From: a virus
DNA: 64,000 nucleotides
Reading direction: 5' to 3' (one strand)
Virus record (IMG/VR): IMGVR_UViG_3300025289_000001
Below are positions 26,901-35,500 of the stretch, one piece after another. Below the pieces are notes generated by a model that was given only the letters and a program-made list of their open reading frames with translations, did not search any database and was not told the DNA's origin. The position numbers and the translations under genes are program-made. Position 1 is the stretch's first letter. The number at the start of each line of letters is the position of its first letter.

Positions 26901-29554
26901 TAATTGCGCCTTTAGAAACTAAATCTGATAAATCAGAAGGTGTAAATACTGTATTTAATAAGTCTACTAGACTAATGCGTACTACTATTATTAAAGAAAT
27001 GGTTAATAATGGTACTAAACTGTCTCAAATTACAATTCCTATTGAAGGACAATGGAATGGAACATTACAAATATCACCATTAGTAAATGGTCAAGTAGTT
27101 GAAAATTCCTTATTAGGTTTATATCAATATGGTCAAGATATAAAAAATATAAAGTCTAGTGATTTTTATATGGTTAGTGACTTTGGTATATTAACTAATA
27201 ATGAAGGTAAAACTTTTCCTACTACTAAAAGTAAATCTAATGCTAAAGGGGAAATATATCTTCTAATTAATATGGCTAATGGAAAACCATTCCCTTTAAA
27301 ATTAAATGTTAAAAAGATATCAGAGGAAAAGTCTGATGTATTATATGATTTATATAATTATTTATTTGATGCTCCTATAAAAAATAAGAGTACTCGTTTA
27401 TCTGATTTAGAAGATAAAACTATAATTTCAAGATTTGAAGAAAATTTTAAAGAAGAAATACAATTATTTAAAGCTAATAATAAATCTTTAAATAGACTAA
27501 CAGTAGGGGATATTATTGATTTAATGGTATGGTCATCAACTAAAAATGTTAAATCTCAAATTAGATTTGATGAGAAAAATAATATATTATTATTAACTGA
27601 TGAAACCTTTACAAAAGAAGAGTTTAATACACCTGAAGGTAAAGAAAGATTTATAGATAATCTTTCTAATAATAAAAGACATCAAATTAGATTTAAGAAG
27701 CGACCTGGTGATACAGCTAAGTCTATGAATTTCTTAAATAGAAGTTATGTTGAATATTTAATAAATAATGGTATTTTAAATACCAATGCTGTAATTAATC
27801 AACCTACTTTTCAAGGTAGAACAAGTGTATATTTAGCAACTAGAAAAGTTAAAGTAGATGGTAAAGATTCAATTTATAATCAACCTGCACCTTTAATTTT
27901 ATCAGATAAATTAATAGGAAATAATAAACAATTAACTAATCAATTACCTGGTTTATTTGAAAATCCTATTGTATATGATAAAAAAACTGAAGAGTACATT
28001 GACCCAAAAGATAAAAAGAAAAAATTTGTAAGGGTATCTAATTTGAAAGATGCTAAAAAAGTTGATTCAACACAGTTAAATATTTATAATGCTGCAAAAA
28101 GAGGTGATGTAACGGATGAATTAACAAGACAGTTTTTTAGTAATAAATTTATGACTAAAAATGATTTTGTTAAGCATGGTGAAAAAGAGGTAGATAATGT
28201 TAATAAAAATAAGCCAAATAGTGTAATAATTATACACCCACAATTTTTTGAGCAATTATATGATATACTAGAATCTTATAAAGTTGAATTTAATAAAAGA
28301 AATTATACAGTATATGCTAATACCCCACCATTAAGTGGTACATTAGGTGGAACTTTATATGCAGGAACAGCTGATTTATTAGCATATGATAACACTAAAA
28401 AAGAATGGATATATATTGATATAAAAACTAGTTCTACTCATAGAGGAGCAGCTTATAAAGGTAAAGATGTTTGGGATTATAAAGCTAAAGATGCTATTCA
28501 ACAAAATGCATATAGAGAACTATTTGCTCAAAAGAATAGTAAAACTGGAACAACTATTAAAACTTTATTAATATTACCATTAACTGCTGTATCATTAGAT
28601 AAAGGTTTAAATTCTGAGTATGATAGTATAAGTATAGATAGTACTACTAAAGATAATAAATTCTTAACAGTATCTACTGAAAAAGATATTTATCAACTTA
28701 AAAATATTAAAAAAGGTACAGTTAGTAAACCTAAGGTAGAAAAGGGTACACCTGAAGTATTCCCATCTCCAAAACCGAGTAAAAAAATAAATATTACAGA
28801 TCCAAATTTTGATCCATTTGAAGATATAGATTTTAATGAAGAGACTGAAGATTTTGATGAGAATGATTTTGGTGTAGCACCAAGTGATATGTTAAATCAA
28901 GCTAATGATTTAATGGAAGCATTCGGTATAGAAATACCAGAAGCTAAACCTAAACCTTCTATAACAAAGAAAGTTTCATCTACTACTACATCTCAAGCAT
29001 TAACAAGTGATCAACAATTAGAACTACAAAAAGAATTAAGTAAACCTGCTAATGTATTTGAAGTTAAATATAAAGGTTCAGTATATATGATTACTAAAAA
29101 TTCATTTTATGTACTAGATTTAAAAAAGAAAGTTCCAGTAACAGATATTGGAATGATTTTAAATATTATTACTGAATATAATACAAAAGTATTCAAAGAT
29201 GCTAAAATTGATAAAGAAAAAGTAAGAAATATTTGGAATTCTCGAAAAAATGTTGTATCTTTACCAATTACTACTAAAAAGACAACTGTTACTACTAAAA
29301 AAACTACAGTTAAACCTAAAGTAGAAGTTAAACCTATTAAAAAAGTAGATACAATGAATTTTAACAAGTTGACAGATGGTCAGGCTACATCTATAATTAT
29401 GACATTAATGGAAAAAGTTCCTGGTAGAATTGGAGATATTACTAAAATATTAGATGATAATACAAAAACGGTGCAAGAGCAATTAAAATCCTTATATTCA
29501 TTATTAGAGAATAATGATATAGCAAGAAACATTATAGAAACAAAATGTAAATAA
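23999..29554 (+). CDS. giant virion (cargo/ejection-type) protein with C-terminal PD-(D/E)XK nuclease motifs
   Basis: 1,851 aa from the ATG at 23999, 1 nt after the upstream stop (the alternative ATG at 23960 overlaps by 38 nt). Gly/Ala-rich hydrophobic helices occupy the first 450 aa, followed by long coiled-coil segments. The nuclease motifs are GTAD(1459)LL...YID(1474)IK(1476)T...Q(1501)QNAY(1505). Confidence 0.7.
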   Translation: MGNGIGTYDANFSLYDLAKSSQIKTHKRASHLDTEVARNTSFGESIYDKSFFPNVTLNVDGKGDNLEQLITENRAQYQPWVTKAGAGVARIGAKALTEIAKMPGVLGGIAVGAAGQAWDVATDQDNTDFMQTAFNNPWINSLNDINESINQELLPVYVKKAVQEGNLWANISSIDFWATEGADGLGYILSMLAPGALINKANLGAKMFGIGQFAKMTDKMDDAVKIMGGISLTPRNANLITSTIANTLFEAGAEAQGGMERFKQELDMQLESGEITQTEYESQLLRQSEVGRNIFIANAAILIGPNAMMAKMLWGKPRNRGMKLSKTDGGIGFNEVAEYTLKDKAKIGAKALGIGTLQEGFWEEGMQSTAEQYFVEQGHKKSKGFISEFGDYLGDLPKSYAEMISETEGQKAIFLGAVFGGGMTAYHDRKSSISERLTTNDIVKQANESLNGFYDTFRGDTFKENPDTDDLASFIAKMRGFQGIETLNDLYNIALKEGDTNTLETIRDIASTQLVKPFIINDQLGLDALKQHLDASKELITISEQEKDVTVDKIIDGIMEKATKLKDVYNNYNDFAPTLLDLKHKNATERDKSSFYNKLADSYVNAKATQFQLQNELKEQNNGLDKLLKEKGKTRAELESNPLLANELNSDTRIVKVKESIKETSDLVEEANKEVDKFWEKNNIQKEFNKAVEGRELLEKEMAKTKEVDEVIDKIKVAKTSKEVDDISVPEGLSKEYITNLKLKRKAELQIEKDLQDNATKNSNDEFDQQSQLKEEDTLNELEYIKENYNVGEAITIDPNFKLGKQFNGKTGIIKSISKNGVTVTIEGENKSVTISLSSLTKVHHDNNINYESEGGNPKIIQLPTEDLTSGETFEKTGGSRIMSSDNKGGVLFGNQAALDFEQSPVDKVGQEKKIVVNQGNVVGETTDTSIFTENQKQALEMFNAGDLSQMSFLIDHLPLSVELSEGVIAPLETKSDKSEGVNTVFNKSTRLMRTTIIKEMVNNGTKLSQITIPIEGQWNGTLQISPLVNGQVVENSLLGLYQYGQDIKNIKSSDFYMVSDFGILTNNEGKTFPTTKSKSNAKGEIYLLINMANGKPFPLKLNVKKISEEKSDVLYDLYNYLFDAPIKNKSTRLSDLEDKTIISRFEENFKEEIQLFKANNKSLNRLTVGDIIDLMVWSSTKNVKSQIRFDEKNNILLLTDETFTKEEFNTPEGKERFIDNLSNNKRHQIRFKKRPGDTAKSMNFLNRSYVEYLINNGILNTNAVINQPTFQGRTSVYLATRKVKVDGKDSIYNQPAPLILSDKLIGNNKQLTNQLPGLFENPIVYDKKTEEYIDPKDKKKKFVRVSNLKDAKKVDSTQLNIYNAAKRGDVTDELTRQFFSNKFMTKNDFVKHGEKEVDNVNKNKPNSVIIIHPQFFEQLYDILESYKVEFNKRNYTVYANTPPLSGTLGGTLYAGTADLLAYDNTKKEWIYIDIKTSSTHRGAAYKGKDVWDYKAKDAIQQNAYRELFAQKNSKTGTTIKTLLILPLTAVSLDKGLNSEYDSISIDSTTKDNKFLTVSTEKDIYQLKNIKKGTVSKPKVEKGTPEVFPSPKPSKKINITDPNFDPFEDIDFNEETEDFDENDFGVAPSDMLNQANDLMEAFGIEIPEAKPKPSITKKVSSTTTSQALTSDQQLELQKELSKPANVFEVKYKGSVYMITKNSFYVLDLKKKVPVTDIGMILNIITEYNTKVFKDAKIDKEKVRNIWNSRKNVVSLPITTKKTTVTTKKTTVKPKVEVKPIKKVDTMNFNKLTDGQATSIIMTLMEKVPGRIGDITKILDDNTKTVQEQLKSLYSLLENNDIARNIIETKCK
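29270..29311 (+). repeat. 21-nt tandem duplication (TTKKTTV x2) within the Lys/Thr-rich tail of the giant protein
   Basis: ACTACTAAAAAGACAACTGTT / ACTACTAAAAAAACTACAGTT. Confidence 0.6.
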
Positions 29555-29556
29555 AT

Positions 29557-32500
29557 ATGAGTTGTCTTAGAATTACAAAAACCAATGATACAAGTTCATT
29601 ATTATTTGAACAATTGTTAGATATAGTTAAAGATGAGCAATTAGCTCATGATTTATATGCATATTTTGATGTAGCTGAAACTAATCCTGAGTTTAAAGAA
29701 GTATTTGGAGATTATTTAGCGGAATATAAAGCAGGAATATTATCTAATAGAGTAGATGAAAATGGTGAGCCTAAATTATTTTTTAATGATACTATAAATA
29801 AGTATTATTTTTTAGATAAAGAAAATGAACCTGTATATTATCCATATACAAGACAAGGATTAGGTAAATCCTTATCAACTGTAGATATAAAATTGATGGC
29901 TAAAATAATGGCTTTAAAATTTTATGAAACTAATGTTAATTTTGATTTTTCTAGTTTAGAATTTACTTCTTCATCTAATATTACACTAGAGCAGTTTATT
30001 AAAGACTTCTTATCAGCTAAAATTGAGGAGTTGAGTAATAACCCTGACTTTAGAAAGAAAGCTCGTGGAATAGCCTTAAATCAAACTACAGGGAGTATTA
30101 AAGAGTGGATCAATGAAGTAAAAGACTTTTATCAAACTTTAAAATTAGAATATATAGATGAGTCTGAATCTGAATTAAGAGAAGATGAAGAAAATGAAAT
30201 TAGAGGTGAAGTATATCGTACAGAATCTTTTTTAAAAAATAGTAAAAATAATGTTAATAATAATATTAAATTATTTTTAGCATTGATGAAAACTTCAGAA
30301 TTAAATAATTTTAATGAATATAATTTTGTAAGTTTTGATGATATATATAGTACGTTAAATAAAACATTATCAAATATTGTACCTACAATTAATGAGTATG
30401 GGGAACTAGAAGACCCTTTTATTATTTATTTAGAAGAAATAGAAAAATTAGTTAGAGTTAAACCTAATTTAAGATTATTATATGATGAATTATTAAAAAA
30501 ATCAGAAGATGAAATTTTTAAGAATCAATTTGTAGTAGCATTTAATCTTCATAAAAATAACTTTTTAGGTAGTGAAATATATAGAGATAATAAAGGTAAT
30601 ATAGAATATACAGTTCGTAATTTATCTGAAGTAGGTGTACGTAAAGGTAGTATACTCACTCAATGGTATCATAATTTTCAACAACAAAAATTAGATAAAA
30701 AATCTTTAAAGGAAATTCAAAGTAATTTAGAAGGCTTATTTACACAATTAAATCATAATAATGCTCAAATAACATCTGAAAAAATGTTTGAAGAGTATCA
30801 AGCTATTGCTGAAAGAATATTAGTAGATTTAGGTGTTAATTTTACTAAACGTGGATTTGAATTTTTCTTAGGTAATTTATCATTAGATACTATTACCTTA
30901 GATACTAAAAAAACTAAATTAGAAAGTTTATTAAAGAATGCATCATATGCTATTGATGCAGCTATTAAAAGTAAAGATGATATTAATCCATTTTTGCAAC
31001 AGAATGTATTTAGACAATTAGCTGAAGCAGAAGGGTTCTTTATGGAAGAAGGTACCGATGCTTCTATATTTACATTAGGTAAAACTAAATGGAATTACTC
31101 AATGCCATCCCACATTGATTTATTAGTTGGAAGATGGAAAAGAAATCCCGAATTATTACAGAGATTATATGAGTCATCACCTTATTCAAAAGGTTCACAT
31201 TATATGAGATATCTATTAGCATTAGATGTTAATGGTATAGATGAAAATAGAAGAAAATCTCTATCTCAAGAAAGAATTAATAATATTGAGATTGGTATAT
31301 TTAATTCAGTACAACAGCGTAATGATGCAGCTAATGCTGCAGATAATAAATCATTAACCCTTACAGATTCATTAGTAGATTATATTAATAAAATATTAGG
31401 AAATAAAAAACCTAATGGTAAAGTATATCATAAAACTGCAATTGCGGCAGATAAAAGTACAGAATATCAAATTAATTATGGTGTAGATAATTTAAATAGT
31501 GAAGCTACCTATATTGGAGGTAATGAAATTGAAGTAAGTGAAGAAGTTTTAGAGGTATTCTATGACTATTTTAAGTCAGAATATGAAAGAATGGCATATG
31601 AACATTCTGTAGTTGAAACATCTGAAGAAGCGGACTTATTACCTAATTATCATTTAGGAGGTAAAAATGCTTTTAAATCACAATTATTTCCATCAATGTC
31701 AATTTCATATGATACTAATGGGGCAGTTATATTACCAAATTTAGGAAACAACCTTGAATTATATGATAGTAAAGGTGCTCCTTTATATGCAAATTTAGAT
31801 GAGGTAAAAGATTTAGTTATACGTCAAATTGAAAATGCTATTTCTAAAGGTATTAAAACTACTTTAAAGGAGCTTATTAATAATAAAATTTTATTATTTA
31901 ATGAGTCAGGTAATTTGTATAATAATGCATTAGATTCTGGCATTTATAATAGTTATAAAGAGCAAGGCTTAACTACAGATGAAATAAGTTTACAATTAGC
32001 TGGTGATATATTTATTAATAGTGTAATGTCACAAGTTGAATTTTCTAAAATGTTTACTGGTGATGTAGCTTATTATTCTGATATAATGGATTATAAGAAA
32101 CGAGTACCTGCTACATACACAGATGGTTTATATATGAGATTACTTGCGGGAGAAGAAAAATTTAATGCTAGTATTATTAAATCTGTTAGTGTCGAAGCGC
32201 CTTCATTAGCTAATTTAAAAACTTTTTTAACAGAGAAAGCATATAAGCACTATGAAAGAGTAAATTCTACAGATGCTCAAGCTTGGATTACTCCTGCACG
32301 ATGGGAATTTATAATACGTAGAATTGGTAAATTTACTACTCAACATGAGGAAATATACCGAAAAATGCTACAAGATAATCCAGAGTTTACTAAGGAGGAA
32401 TTAAAATTACTTGCTCAACCTTTAAAAGGTGTATATTTTGATATGCAAGAAAATGGAAGACCTGTATATTTAAAATATTCTCAAGCTGTATTATTACCAG

Positions 32501-35500
32501 GATTAATTAAAGGTACAGGACTAGAAACATTATATAATAAAATGGTTAAAGATATTAATGGTAAAAAATTAGACTATCAAGACCAAATACATGAATTAAT
32601 AGTAGAAGATGGTATTAAAGTTGGTAAACCTCAACCTGTTACTACTCATGATATAAATGGAGATGTTGAAACTGATTTTATACTTAACAAATTATCTTTA
32701 AATAATTCAGGTTGGAAACTACAACAAGATTTACCAGTAAAAGGAATTAAAGCTACAGATATTGGTAGTCAGATTCAAGTTAATATATTTCAAGGATTAG
32801 CTTATAATAATAATACTATATTTGATATTGATAATAAAGAAATGTCAAATGTTGAAGTAATTAAACATTTAAATAATATTACTGGTATATTATCTTCTAA
32901 AGGATTAAATAGAGTTTTAAATAAATTAGGTGTTAACCCTGAAACAAATAAAATTACAAATGAACACGCTTTATATGAATCAATTATAACGCAATTAAAA
33001 AAACGTAATGATGTTCCAATTAATTTTATAAAAGCTTTAGAAGCAGGAATATCACCATATGGTATACCAGGAAGTTTTCAAATGTTTCAAAATGTATTTA
33101 GTTCGTTAGTTAATAGTGAAGTAATAAAAATTAAAACAAATGGTGGAGGATTTATACAAATGTCTGACTATGGAGTATCTTATGATGAAGCAAAGTCACA
33201 AAATATAAAATTTACTCCATGGTTTACTAAAGATAAAACGAATGCAAAATTACATTCTCCTGAAATGAGAACAGATCCTATTACAGGTAAAGAAGTATTA
33301 GTGCCAGGTGCTATATTTATTTCAGGTTCTTTCATAGCTAAATATATTCCTAATTATAAAGAATTATCACAAGAAGAATTATTTGGAACATACAATGAAG
33401 CTACTGGAAAGTATGAGAATGGTAAAATAGATGAAAAGATATTAACAAATATAATTGGATATAGAATTCCAAATCAAGCACTACCTTCTAATGATGCCCT
33501 AATGATTGCTGGTATATTACCTGAAACAACAGGTGATACAGTAATAGCTTATACAGGTATGACATCAAAAACAGGTTCTGACTTTGATATTGATAAAATG
33601 TATTTGATGATACCATCTTTTATCCCAAGATATAGTAAAGCAACTGTAACTAAAGGGTATGAGTTCATGCGAAATAATCAATTAACTGTTAAAGAGGTAA
33701 GAGATGAATTAAAAGCAGTTGGACATACTGATTTAGATAATAAAGATGCTAAATATATACGTGAATTATTTATTGCAGATATTTTATTATCTGGAGATAT
33801 AGAACAAAGTGGATATGCTAAACAATTTCAAGAAGATATAAATTTAGGTGAACTTGAAAGATTAATATATGCTGAACCAATGGTTGACCCATATGGGGTA
33901 GAATATCCTTTACATGAACAATCATTAGCTGTTGTACAAAATAAATTAATTGAAACATATAAAAGTATATTACTAAATAAGGATGTAATTAATGATGTAA
34001 TGAATTCCATTGATTTAAAAGATATTCAAAATGATATTTTAAATCTTTTACCTGAAGAATCAGCTGATGATTTAATGGATTTCAATGCTATTAGTGATTT
34101 AGAGTTAAAACAACAATTTGCATCTGGTAAAGCTGGTCTTGGACAGAATGTTAATGCTGCTCAAGATGCAGTAAGAGGTGCAATGGCTGAACAATCTATA
34201 AATGAATTTTATATAGGTTGGGGTAATTCTAATGCTGAAGGGAATACTGTTTTAGATAAGCAGTTTTCTGTAACCTTATCAGACAAAGATATTAAAGGAT
34301 ATGTTAAATCATTTAATAAAAATCTACCTAAATCTAAGCATATTACATATGAGGATATTAAAAAATTAGCTACTATACCATTAACTGATACTATGATGCA
34401 ATCTATAAATGGATTTGTAGATATTGCTAAAAATCCATTTATTGTTAGAGGAAATTGGGTAACTCAAACTAATAACACTATATTTATGTTATTAAGAGCA
34501 GGCGTACACCCATTTTATGTTAATGCTTTTATAGCTCAACCTATTTTAAGAGAGTATGTAAAGTTTATTAATAATATGGAATCCAATACTATTCAGGATA
34601 CTGGTAAATTATTAAATAAATTTAAATTACAAAAAGCTATAGATTCAATACCAGATACAGCAGATTATACTTTTAATGATAAAACACTTAATTTACAAAC
34701 AGTATTTAGAGCAACGGTTACACCTGATAATATAAAGTGGATTGGTAAAAAAGGTAATGAGAATTATGAAGCTAATATAGGTAGATTTAGAAATAGTATT
34801 CAAAAAGGAATTATTAAAATATATGGAATTGATTATAAAGAATTAAAAACTAATACTGAGTTAGAAGAAAATATAGAATTAATTATAGATAGATTTGTAG
34901 ATACATATCATGAATTTTTTGAAGCTAAACCTATTGATTTTGATAAATTAAATCTTGAAACTTTAAGAAACCAAATAAAAGAAGAATCAGATATCCAAGT
35001 ACAATTAACAGTTTTAGAATTATATAACAAACTTAAAGTACCTTCTAAGAATGTAAATAGAGGTGTAAAAGCTACTAGAATTACTGTAGATGGTAAAGGT
35101 AAAAATATTAACTCTTTAATTATTGCTAATAATAGAGTTAATAATATGATATTAAACAGTAATCAACCTGAATCTTTAAATGGTTTTGAAGGAAAGTTAA
35201 TATATAATGGAGAAAATACTGCATTTGGACATCTAAAAGAGAATAGTATAGATGCTATTTATAAAATAATGAGAGAAAACTCTAAATATTTTTTAAGTGC
35301 ATCAAATTCCGTAGTAACAACATTTAATGAAATATCATCTTCTATATATGGTAATACTTTAGAAAATGAAAAATTAGGTGATAAATTAGAACAAGCATAT
35401 CATTCTTATGTTATGTCGGGATTTCCAGCATTAAAATTATCTAAAGAAGAAAGGATTAAATTATTAGAAGAATTTCCAACTACATTTATGAAATTTCAAA

